Below are positions 11,255 through 19,859 of a DNA stretch of 64,000 bases, piece after piece. Location of the stretch: positions 61,017-125,016 of the forward strand of contig JAHBYA010000006.1 in NCBI GenBank assembly GCA_019636195.1, written 5' to 3'. This DNA comes from Planctomycetota bacterium. GTDB taxonomy: Bacteria; Planctomycetota; UBA8742; UBA2392. The translations under genes and the position numbers were made by a program. How positions within the stretch are numbered: position 1 is the stretch's first letter; each line of letters opens with the position of its first letter. The notes under the pieces are model-generated. The model worked only from the letters and a program-made list of their open reading frames with translations. It ran no database searches and was not told the DNA's origin.

Positions 11255-13981
11255 ATGACCAGGCTGGGCGTGTTGGGCATCTTTGCCATTCTGTGCTTGT
11301 CTTCCTGTGCTGGCGGCGGCGGCAGTGACGGTGGCGGTGGCGGCGGCGCCTCAAGCCTGAGCATTTCAACCACTTCGCTGCCGGGCGCTTCCATCAACCT
11401 TGCGTACAACACGGCCATCCAGGCCACCCCCAGCGCCCAGACTTACGTCTGGTCGCTCGATGCGGGCGCTCTGCCGCCCGGCTTGACAATTGACACAGTC
11501 GCCACAGGCAGCAGCACCAGCATTTCGGGCACGCCGACCTCCGCGGGCAACTTCACATTCACGGTGCGCGTCGAGATTCCGGCGGTGAGCCAGTCGGCGA
11601 CGCGGCAACTCAGCATCAGCGTTGCGGCCAGTGGTTTCCCGCCGGGCGTCAGCGTGACAGACGTTACTGTCAGCAACACAGTTCGCGTCGCGGGCGTCAA
11701 GAAGTTCGGCATCAACGTCGGCGGTCACGACCGCTGGGGTGCCGCCAAGATCCTGAAAAATCAGCTTCCGAACCCCGGCTTTGAACCCGGCGTGTTTGGC
11801 ACCGTCTGGCTTGCACGGCCGGGCAGCACCAGCGGCGTGTTTGAGCCCGACCTGTGGAACACAACCAGCGGCAACCAGCCCGCGGGCTTCTGGGACGGCG
11901 CCGAGTACGAAATTGTGTACGGGCCCGGCGCGGGCGCCAGCGGCACCGTGGCCAGCTTCGTGCACAACGCGGGCAACTATCGCTTCAATCTGGGCGGCGG
12001 CACGACAGCCTTGAACCAGTACGACGTGATGTTCACGCGCCGCACCTTCCCCGGCACGGCCTACGGCTTGCACGAGGGCACGGGCGTGGCCGACACAAGC
12101 AATCCGTACTCGGGCGTGCAAAGCCTGCGCCTTGCGCCCAACGCCAACTTCAGCTTTGTGCAGGACACAAGCTGGCGCGACGGCGACCAAAGCAGCCACA
12201 AGCTGCTGGTCGTGCAGGGCGACTGGCGCGTGCGCCTGAAAGCCCGCGGCGAAACCGGCACCGAGCAGATTCGCGTGCGCTTCTATCGTGACGGCGGCGC
12301 GCCCTACAACCCCAGCTTTATCAATCGACTGTTCAACCTGACCGGCAACTGGGCCACGTACACCGAAGACCAGACCATCGCCCCCGGCACCGACCAGACG
12401 CCCGACCCCTGGCCCGCAAGCACGTACCGCCCGGCACTGACCTTCCGCATTGAGGTGCCGGCCACCAACGCGGGCAACATCTGGATCGACGAAGTCGAAC
12501 TATATCGCGTTGACGATGCGACCAACCCGACCGTCTTCTCCGACCGATTTGTCCAGCGCCTGCAGGAATACAGCCCCGGCGTGCTGCGCTGGTGGGCGGG
12601 CCAGCTTGGCGAAACTCTCGACAACATGACCAGGCCCTGGCAGCAGCGCGGCAGCGTGGGCTACAAGCCAAGCGCAACCACCCCCGGCGACTGGAACTAC
12701 GGCGCCCACGAATTCTTGCAACTATGCCAGCACATCGGGGCCGAGCCGTGGATTGTCATGCCCCCCACCGCCAGCCAGCAGGACCTGCTCAACTTCATGG
12801 AGTACCTGTGCGGCACCAGCGGCACCTACGCCACGCGCCGCACAAGCCAGGGGCAAACCGCGCCGTGGACCACCGTGTTTTCAAAGATTCACCTTGAATG
12901 GGGCAACGAGCTGTGGGGCGCCGGCGACCCCGGCGACCCCTTTGGTGGCGCAAGTGTCCGCGGCGGAGTGCGCCTTGGCCGCTGCGCCGACCGGGCGTTC
13001 GCCTTCATGAAGGGCAGCTCGTGGTACACAGCCAACAGCAGCGTGCTGAACTTCATCGTCGGCGGGCAGGCAGGCTACGCCGGTCGCCAGCAGGAAATTG
13101 AAGCCAACAGCAACGACCACGACAGCACGGCGCTGGCGCCCTACTTCGGTGAACTAAGTGACGGCTGGAGCACCGATGCGCAAATGTTCGGGCCGTTGTT
13201 TGCCTACCCGTTCTATCACGCGCTGCACGCCAACGGCCGCATGCGCCAGAGCAAGCAGTACCTGGTGAACGGCGGCAACAACAGCGACCTGAGCATCTAC
13301 GAGATCAATTTCCATACCACCGGAAACGGCGGCCCGCTTGCTGGCCTGCCCACCACCACGCGCAACGAGTTTGTGGCTGGCGCATCGGGCGCGATTGCCA
13401 TGCCGCTGAACATGCTGGTGTACCTGACCGAGCTTGAAGCCCGCGAGCAGTGCGGCTTTTGCGCGCTCGGCTACGCCTATCGCTTTGACACAAGCGGCGG
13501 CTGGCCGCCCGCGCAAAACCAGTTTGTACACATCTGGGGCATGCTGCGCGATTTGTACCACTACAACCTGAAGCGGCCGACGTGGCTGGGCGTTGAGCTT
13601 GTGAACAAGGCCGTGATGGGCGACGCGATCACAACCACCCACACCGGCGACAACCCGGACTGGACGCAAAGCGGCATCAACGGCGTGGGCGCAGCGACCA
13701 CGGTCAACTATGTGCAGAGCTTTGCCTTCCGCAGCGGCAACACCTACGGGATTGTGCTGATGAACCTTGACCTGGTTAACCAGCACGGCGTGCGCCTGAA
13801 CGTGCCCGGCACGCCGCAAGCCAACGCGAACATCTGGCGCATCGAGCCCAACAACATCCGGGACATGAACCTGAACGCCGCCAACGTGACGATCCAGCTG
13901 CAGGCAGTCACCAACTTTGCCAGCGGCTACGAAATGGTGCTGCCAAAGCACAGCATTAGGGCCATCGTCTGGCAGAACTGA
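11255..13981 (+). CDS. Lipoprotein with putative Ig-like (dystroglycan/cadherin-like) domain and large TIM-barrel glycoside-hydrolase-like domain
   Basis: GGAGG RBS 5 nt before ATG 11255. Lipobox LSSC, then Gly-rich linker. LPPGLTID...GTPTSAGNFTF Ig-like module. HLEWGNELWG resembles the GH-A clan acid/base NE motif. The GH family assignment is uncertain. Confidence 0.55.
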   Translation: MTRLGVLGIFAILCLSSCAGGGGSDGGGGGGASSLSISTTSLPGASINLAYNTAIQATPSAQTYVWSLDAGALPPGLTIDTVATGSSTSISGTPTSAGNFTFTVRVEIPAVSQSATRQLSISVAASGFPPGVSVTDVTVSNTVRVAGVKKFGINVGGHDRWGAAKILKNQLPNPGFEPGVFGTVWLARPGSTSGVFEPDLWNTTSGNQPAGFWDGAEYEIVYGPGAGASGTVASFVHNAGNYRFNLGGGTTALNQYDVMFTRRTFPGTAYGLHEGTGVADTSNPYSGVQSLRLAPNANFSFVQDTSWRDGDQSSHKLLVVQGDWRVRLKARGETGTEQIRVRFYRDGGAPYNPSFINRLFNLTGNWATYTEDQTIAPGTDQTPDPWPASTYRPALTFRIEVPATNAGNIWIDEVELYRVDDATNPTVFSDRFVQRLQEYSPGVLRWWAGQLGETLDNMTRPWQQRGSVGYKPSATTPGDWNYGAHEFLQLCQHIGAEPWIVMPPTASQQDLLNFMEYLCGTSGTYATRRTSQGQTAPWTTVFSKIHLEWGNELWGAGDPGDPFGGASVRGGVRLGRCADRAFAFMKGSSWYTANSSVLNFIVGGQAGYAGRQQEIEANSNDHDSTALAPYFGELSDGWSTDAQMFGPLFAYPFYHALHANGRMRQSKQYLVNGGNNSDLSIYEINFHTTGNGGPLAGLPTTTRNEFVAGASGAIAMPLNMLVYLTELEAREQCGFCALGYAYRFDTSGGWPPAQNQFVHIWGMLRDLYHYNLKRPTWLGVELVNKAVMGDAITTTHTGDNPDWTQSGINGVGAATTVNYVQSFAFRSGNTYGIVLMNLDLVNQHGVRLNVPGTPQANANIWRIEPNNIRDMNLNAANVTIQLQAVTNFASGYEMVLPKHSIRAIVWQN

Positions 13982-14007
13982 CCGGGCACGCAGGCCTTTC
14001 GCCTGAA

Positions 14008-14040
14008 CCAGTCGGGGGCAGCCGCCCCCGGCTGGTTGCG
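14008..14040. terminator. Hairpin between convergent genes (possible bidirectional terminator)
   Basis: CCAGTCGGGGGC-agcc-GCCCCCGGCTGG followed by a T-containing tract. Lies between the stops at 13981 (+) and 14042 (-). Confidence 0.4.
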
Positions 14041-14041
14041 T

Positions 14042-15301
14042 TTACTCGGTCCGCCGCAGGGCCTTGAAACTCAGGCCGATCACGCCGCACGCCGCGCCGC
14101 ACAGACCGCCCCAGAAAAACAGCTCGCGCGGCTCAAGCCATTGCAGCGCCAGTCCCGTGGCAAGCGCGCTCAGCGCGGTAAAGCCCTGCACGGTGATCGC
14201 CACCAGCGCGAAAATCCGGCCCAGCCTCTCGCGCGGGTAATGGCGCTGGATCAGCGTGGTCCGCCCCACCGTGATCAGCGGTATGAACAAGCCGTGGGCA
14301 AAGATCGCGACCAGAAACCACTCAAAGGTCTGCAAGAACAGAAACGGCACATACGTGATGCCGTCGAAAAACATCCCCGCGATCACCAGCCGCCCCGTGC
14401 GCAGGTTGCGGCCAAACCGCGCCAGCAGCAGCGTGCCAATCAACCAGCCCGCGCCAAGGCAGGCCTCGAACACGCCGTAGGCCCACAACTCAAGGCCCAG
14501 CGTGCCCTTGATCAGGAACATCGCGCCGACGATGGCCGGGCCCATGATGAAGAAATTGTCCACGGCGGTCAAAAACAGCAGCGAGCGCAGCCGCGCGTCG
14601 CGCCACGCGCTGCTTAAACTGTCCGCCAATTCACGCAACGAGCCGGGCCGCGCCATCGTCGGCGCCGCGCGCGCGGGCGGGCGAATCAACGCGATGCACA
14701 CAAAGCTGAACAGCAAAGCAATGGCGTTCAGCGCCAACAGCCAGGCAATGCCATCGGGCCCTGCACGCTCGCCTGCTATGGCGGGCGCCAGCAGCACGCC
14801 GACCAGTCCCGCGCCCAGAATGACGGCCAGCTGCTGGCTTGTCTGGAAGACGCTGTTGACGCGCAGCAGGTTGGCGCCCTCGGCCAGGTCAGGGATGATG
14901 GCGTCGCGGGCGGGATTGAAGAACGTCACGAAGGCATAGCTGAGAAATGCGGCCACGGGCAGCATCCACCATTGAAGCACACCCGCGAAGTACAGGAGCG
15001 GAATCGTGCCCACTATCAGCGCCCGCGCGATGTCGGAAAGCAGCATCGCCCCGCGCCTTGAAAAGCGATCGACCAGCACGCCCGCGTATGCCCCGAACAG
15101 CAGGAAGGGCAGCGCGTCCATCATGCGCGTAAGGCCAACCTGCGTGTGCGCGCCCGGCCCCAGCAGGTAGATCACAAAAAAGCCGACACTGACCGAAAAC
15201 ACCGAGTCGCCGGTGCCCGAAACAAACTGCCCCAGCCAAAGCAGAAACAGGTTGCGCCCACGGCGTGAAGGCGCGGCAGGGTCAGTGGCAGGCGAGTCCA
15301 T
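14042..15301 (-). CDS. MFS transporter
   Basis: About 12 predicted TM helices typical of MFS permeases. Start chosen at MDSPATD (M48 of the ORF); the upstream part of the ORF is Arg/Ala-rich and unlikely to be coding. Confidence 0.7.
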   Translation of the reverse strand: MDSPATDPAAPSRRGRNLFLLWLGQFVSGTGDSVFSVSVGFFVIYLLGPGAHTQVGLTRMMDALPFLLFGAYAGVLVDRFSRRGAMLLSDIARALIVGTIPLLYFAGVLQWWMLPVAAFLSYAFVTFFNPARDAIIPDLAEGANLLRVNSVFQTSQQLAVILGAGLVGVLLAPAIAGERAGPDGIAWLLALNAIALLFSFVCIALIRPPARAAPTMARPGSLRELADSLSSAWRDARLRSLLFLTAVDNFFIMGPAIVGAMFLIKGTLGLELWAYGVFEACLGAGWLIGTLLLARFGRNLRTGRLVIAGMFFDGITYVPFLFLQTFEWFLVAIFAHGLFIPLITVGRTTLIQRHYPRERLGRIFALVAITVQGFTALSALATGLALQWLEPRELFFWGGLCGAACGVIGLSFKALRRTE

Positions 15302-15408
15302 CGCGGCACAATACGATTCGCGACGAAGAGAACAGGAGCCCGGAGCGCAACCGACGGGGCCATCTCTGTCCATTGCCGACGGCGCTGCAATCGTTAGCCT
15401 TGCGCGCC

Positions 15409-15990
15409 ATGCAGCCGAACATGGAACAGGCGCGTCAGGCATTCGTCGGCATGGTCGATGACCTGTACCGGCGCGGCGCCACCGGGCGCAGCGTGATCGG
15501 CCTTGAACTGGCGCAGGAGATGATGGCCGCGGCCTTTGAGTCCCTGATGAAAGCGCAGGACGAAGCCGACATCAGCGACGTGAAGCTGCAACTGTTTGAA
15601 GACGCCGGCTTGTTCACGTGCAGCCTGAAGGTCAAGGCCAAGGCCTGGCCGCCGCGCCCGCCGATTGACACGCGCGTTGAGCTTGGTGTGCGCGACGTGA
15701 CGCACAGCGAAGCGGGCGAGTCGGGCAGCCTGATGTTCCGCGTCGAGAAGCCGCTGTATTTCACAAGTACGTTCGCGGATATCCTGATTCCGCTGCTGGG
15801 CAAGATCGTGCGCGGCCTGCCGGTCAGCATGGATGCCCTGCGTCACAAAGACGCGCTGGTGACAGTTGATTTTGCGCAATTCGTGAAGGCGTACCGGCCC
15901 GAGCTTGCGGCGCACACAAAACAAGTGCGGCTGTTCGGGTTGAAGGTGACGACCGGCAAGGCGAAAGTAGAAGTCGGGTTCTTGCGCTAG
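15409..15990 (+). CDS. Hypothetical cytoplasmic protein
   Basis: Balanced amino-acid composition, no signal peptide. Divergent from the MFS gene. Start at MQPNMEQ chosen to avoid overlap. Confidence 0.45.
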   Translation: MQPNMEQARQAFVGMVDDLYRRGATGRSVIGLELAQEMMAAAFESLMKAQDEADISDVKLQLFEDAGLFTCSLKVKAKAWPPRPPIDTRVELGVRDVTHSEAGESGSLMFRVEKPLYFTSTFADILIPLLGKIVRGLPVSMDALRHKDALVTVDFAQFVKAYRPELAAHTKQVRLFGLKVTTGKAKVEVGFLR

Positions 15991-16007
15991 CCGGAGACGC
16001 CGCAGCC

Positions 16008-16982
16008 TTGGAAATCCTGATCATAGTTGTGCAACTGGTTGTCGGCGTGCTGGGCCTGCATTTCGGCGCCAACTGGCTTGTCAGCGGCTCAAGCAAGCTG
16101 GCGCTGACCTTCGGCATCAAGCCGCTGGTGATTGGGCTTACGGTGGTCGCGATGGGTACCAGCGCGCCGGAGCTCACGGTCAGCCTTGCCGGCGCGTTTC
16201 AGGGCAATACCGACCTTGCCGTGGGCAACGTGGTCGGCAGCAACATCGCCAACATCGGCTTGATCCTGGGCATCTCGGCGACGATCAGGCCGATGCAGAT
16301 CGAGTCCGAGGTGTTCAAGCGGGATTTGCCGTTCATGCTGGCGGCGACGTTTCTGCTGGTGCTGGCGGCGTACTTCGGCGGCCCGCGCGAAGGTGCGGAC
16401 GGCGGCGCCGCTTTCATGCTGGGGCGCGTTGAAGGCGTAATCCTGATCAGCGGCATGGCCTTCTTCATCTGGTTCATGCTGCGCGGCTCACGCAGCGCCG
16501 GCGGCACGGCACCGAAGTCCCGCAAAGGCACGCGGCGCTGGATGGTGGCGCTGACCATCATCGGTCTGGGCGTGCTGCTGATCGGCGGCAAGCTGTTCGT
16601 GGATGGCGCGGTGTCGGCCGCGCAGATGCTGGGCGTGCCGGAACTGGTGATCGGCCTTACCGTGGTCGCGGTCGGCACCAGCCTGCCCGAGCTTGCCACC
16701 AGCATTGTCGCAATTCTAAAGGGCGAAAGCGCGATCAGTGTGGGCAACGTGGTCGGCAGCAACATCTTCAACATCTTCCTGGTGCTGGGCATCGTCGCGC
16801 TGATTCAGCCGTTGCCGATCAACGTCAAAGTCATGCAACTCGACATGATCGTGATGGTGGCAATTTCGGTGTGGGTCACCGGCATGGCGTGGCGCGCCAA
16901 GGGCCTGAATCGCCTGCACGGTGTCAGCCTGCTGGCCTTCTACGGCATTTACGTCGCCAACCTGTTTTTCGGCTGGGTCTAG
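16008..16982 (+). CDS. Ca2+/Na+ (CaCA family, YrbG-like) antiporter
   Basis: Two alpha-repeat signatures GNVVGSNIANIGL and GNVVGSNIFNIFLVLG. About 10 TM helices. Confidence 0.85.
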   Translation: MEILIIVVQLVVGVLGLHFGANWLVSGSSKLALTFGIKPLVIGLTVVAMGTSAPELTVSLAGAFQGNTDLAVGNVVGSNIANIGLILGISATIRPMQIESEVFKRDLPFMLAATFLLVLAAYFGGPREGADGGAAFMLGRVEGVILISGMAFFIWFMLRGSRSAGGTAPKSRKGTRRWMVALTIIGLGVLLIGGKLFVDGAVSAAQMLGVPELVIGLTVVAVGTSLPELATSIVAILKGESAISVGNVVGSNIFNIFLVLGIVALIQPLPINVKVMQLDMIVMVAISVWVTGMAWRAKGLNRLHGVSLLAFYGIYVANLFFGWV

Positions 16983-17044
16983 ATTTTCAGTAACAGCCGT
17001 CGCAGAACTCGCGTACCCTTACAATCGAGGTGCTCGAGGTGTCT

Positions 17045-18394
17045 ATGCGTTCACCGAATCTGTTGTTCGGCCTTCTGATCATGCTGGGCGCCTGCGGCAT
17101 CTCGTTTGGCGCGGGCTACATGATTGCCAAGAACGAACGGCCGGCGCCCGCACCACGGATCGAGACTGCCGCCGCCGATCCAGCCCCGACGGCCACGCCG
17201 GAAAAGCCGCAGCGAGACCCCGCACCGACGCCTGACAAGCAGGACCCGCCACCCGCACCGCAACCGGCGAAACCGGAAGGCAGCCCTGACATTAAGCCTG
17301 CCGCGTCAGACCCCACCAAAGTAGATGCCTCAAAGCCCGCGCCGGCGCCCAAGCCGCTGCCGACTGTCCCCGCCGCTGAGGATGAAAATGCCGCCAAGCT
17401 GAACGAACTGAAAGAGCGGCTCAAGCGAATCGAAAACGGCGAGATCGACCCGGAGGATGTGTTCAATGCGTCGAAAGAGACGTTTTCAGCGATCATTCGG
17501 GGCTCGGTAGTTGACGGCAACGGCGTCGGCGTGCCCGGCGCGAGCGTGCACGGCACCTACGGCGAAACGGTCGGCCAGAACACGCGTTTCGTGCGCGTGA
17601 TGATGACCGGCGACAGCGAACTCGGCCAGTTGCTTGCAACCACCGACGGTTCCGGTCACTTCCAGATTGATGTCTCACGCGAAGTCGCCAAGGGCGCCAG
17701 CGTGATCGCCAGCCTTACCGCCAGGGCGCAGGGCCACGCTGACAGCACCACCGCGTCGGTCACTGTCGCCGCCGGCGAAACCAAAGAGGGCGTGACACTC
17801 AAGCTGCGCCAGCCGGGCAGCGTTTCCGGCTGGGTGGTTGACCAGTCGGGCACGGGCATCGCCGGGGTCACCGTAGCGCTGAGTGCCGGCAACACCATGG
17901 GCATGGAGATGCGCATCGAAATCCCGGGCCAGGGCGGCGGCCACAGCGCCATCACCGACGGCGCGGGCGAGTACCGCGTGGAAAACGTCCCCGAAGGCAG
18001 GTACAGCATGCGCATTGAAGCTGCGGGCTGGGCGCAAGTGAGCGGACCTTCGCATGTGGAAGCAGTAGCCGGCAAGGACACGCGCGCCGCGGCGGACTTT
18101 GTGGTCAAGGCCTCAAGCAGCGTGAAGGTACAGTTGCGCGGCCCGGACGGCACACCGCTGCGCACTTGGGTAAACATTGAGTTGCAGGACGGCAGCGGCA
18201 GGACTGTCTGGAAGCGCGGCGTGAGGTCTAACGCGCAGGGCTTGGCCGCCATGAACGAGCCACCGGCAGGCAGCTACACGGCGGTTGTAACAGTCCCGGG
18301 CTACGCGCCTGAAAAGGTGCAGGCCACGATCGTCGAGGGGTCTGTTTGCGACTTGGGCGTGGTAACCCTGCAATTGGCTTCAACCGGGGATTGA
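17045..18394 (+). CDS. Membrane-anchored protein with Pro-rich linker and carboxypeptidase-regulatory-like (CarboxypepD_reg) beta-sandwich repeats
   Basis: N-terminal TM anchor. PAPAP-rich spacer. Repeats such as GSVSGWVVDQSGTGIAGVTVAL...TDGAGEYRVENVPEGRYSM. GAGGTG RBS before ATG 17045. Confidence 0.55.
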   Translation: MRSPNLLFGLLIMLGACGISFGAGYMIAKNERPAPAPRIETAAADPAPTATPEKPQRDPAPTPDKQDPPPAPQPAKPEGSPDIKPAASDPTKVDASKPAPAPKPLPTVPAAEDENAAKLNELKERLKRIENGEIDPEDVFNASKETFSAIIRGSVVDGNGVGVPGASVHGTYGETVGQNTRFVRVMMTGDSELGQLLATTDGSGHFQIDVSREVAKGASVIASLTARAQGHADSTTASVTVAAGETKEGVTLKLRQPGSVSGWVVDQSGTGIAGVTVALSAGNTMGMEMRIEIPGQGGGHSAITDGAGEYRVENVPEGRYSMRIEAAGWAQVSGPSHVEAVAGKDTRAAADFVVKASSSVKVQLRGPDGTPLRTWVNIELQDGSGRTVWKRGVRSNAQGLAAMNEPPAGSYTAVVTVPGYAPEKVQATIVEGSVCDLGVVTLQLASTGD

Positions 18395-18459
18395 CCCAGT
18401 TCAGCGGAACCTGAGCCCGGCCCTTGGCATCCCATACGCATCCCCAGCCGGAGGATCTC

Positions 18460-19728
18460 ATGGCCCTTTTACGCACTGCCCTGCCTGCACTGGCGACACT
18501 TGCCCTGCTGATCTCAGCCATCGCCGCCCAGCGCAAGGTGGTCGAGGAAGAGCCGGACAAGCCCCGCGCACGCGACGCGCAGGAGCCCGCGCAAGGCAAG
18601 AACCCGCGACCGGCAGCCGTCACCACGCTGAAAGTCTATGAGTGGGGCGTCGCCACCGAAAACTGGGACGGCTCCCCTGAGCCCCCGGAAGACGTGCCCT
18701 CGTTCTACTACCGCGCCGAGCAGATCCCGATTGAAGCGGCGCCGGAAAAACCCGTGCCCGCAGGCCAGGGCCAACCCAACCAGCAGCCCGACCGCCCGGC
18801 CACCAAGCGCAAGCCCGTACTGTACTTTGAGTGCACGCAGGACATTGCCTTTGACCTCGATATCAAGTTCACTTGCGGCGTGGTGACCTGGCTGTACCCC
18901 AAGGCCAACCGCCGCATCGATGCGACCACAGTGCAGTGGGACAACATCAGGCTGCGCAGCGACTTGGCCGAGCGCGACAAGTCGCCCCCGCCGCCCCAGT
19001 TGCCGGGCGTCGCCGACAACCACTGGGCCAACTACAGCCGTGAAGGCAGCACCAGCTACGTCATGGTCAACGGCGAAGCCGAGCGCTTTCTGTTCTATGA
19101 GGGCAGCGCACGCTACCTGCCTGAGACCGACATCTTCGTGCGCGACGGCAAAGTCGTTGTCCGCAACTTCACGGCTGAGCCGCTGCTGGACGCCCGCGTG
19201 TGCGTCATGCTTGACAGCAAGCTGCTGCGCCTGCACGCGGCAAGCGTTCCAGCCGCCGGCGGCGACACCCCCGGCGAAGCCACGCTGGACCCGGCGGCCA
19301 GCCTGAAGTCCTTTGGCGAGGCAGGCACGATCACCCGCGAAACGCAGGCAGCCGGCTTGACCGAAGCGCAGGCCAAGGTGTTTGAGCGCTGCTGGCACAA
19401 CGAGATGTTTGAACTTGAGGGCACGCTTTCGTGGCGGCGCACGCCCAGGCAGCTGGACGAGTTGATGCAGCTCAAGCTGACGCTGCCCACCGGCGTGAAC
19501 AGTGAAGTCAATCGCGTCGGATATGTGCAGGTCCGCGGGATCGACCTTGGCAAAATCGCCGACTACGACGCGCTAGTGACCAAGTACCTCGGCGGCGACG
19601 CGGATGCCCTGAAAAAGCTCAAGGGCACAGCCGGCGCCGGCGCACTGCGCCGCGCGATGCTGGACAGCAACCGCCCGCTGAAAGAAAGGGTGCTGCTGGC
19701 CAAGGCGCTGGCCGAGCTTGCGTCGTAG
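18460..19728 (+). CDS. Secreted hypothetical protein
   Basis: Strong GGAGG RBS 6 nt before ATG 18460. Signal peptide MALLRTALPALATLALLISAIAAQ. Coding-like composition. Confidence 0.5.
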   Translation: MALLRTALPALATLALLISAIAAQRKVVEEEPDKPRARDAQEPAQGKNPRPAAVTTLKVYEWGVATENWDGSPEPPEDVPSFYYRAEQIPIEAAPEKPVPAGQGQPNQQPDRPATKRKPVLYFECTQDIAFDLDIKFTCGVVTWLYPKANRRIDATTVQWDNIRLRSDLAERDKSPPPPQLPGVADNHWANYSREGSTSYVMVNGEAERFLFYEGSARYLPETDIFVRDGKVVVRNFTAEPLLDARVCVMLDSKLLRLHAASVPAAGGDTPGEATLDPAASLKSFGEAGTITRETQAAGLTEAQAKVFERCWHNEMFELEGTLSWRRTPRQLDELMQLKLTLPTGVNSEVNRVGYVQVRGIDLGKIADYDALVTKYLGGDADALKKLKGTAGAGALRRAMLDSNRPLKERVLLAKALAELAS

Positions 19729-19859
19729 CGCGAACATTGCAATGGCCGCCTGAAACACTACTCTGGGTGGTGCGTATTCCCCTTGGGGTCCGGTTTGCGA
19801 TGTCCTGCCATCGGCAGGCCGTCCGCGATTTGGACTACGGTGATTCAGGAGGAGACACC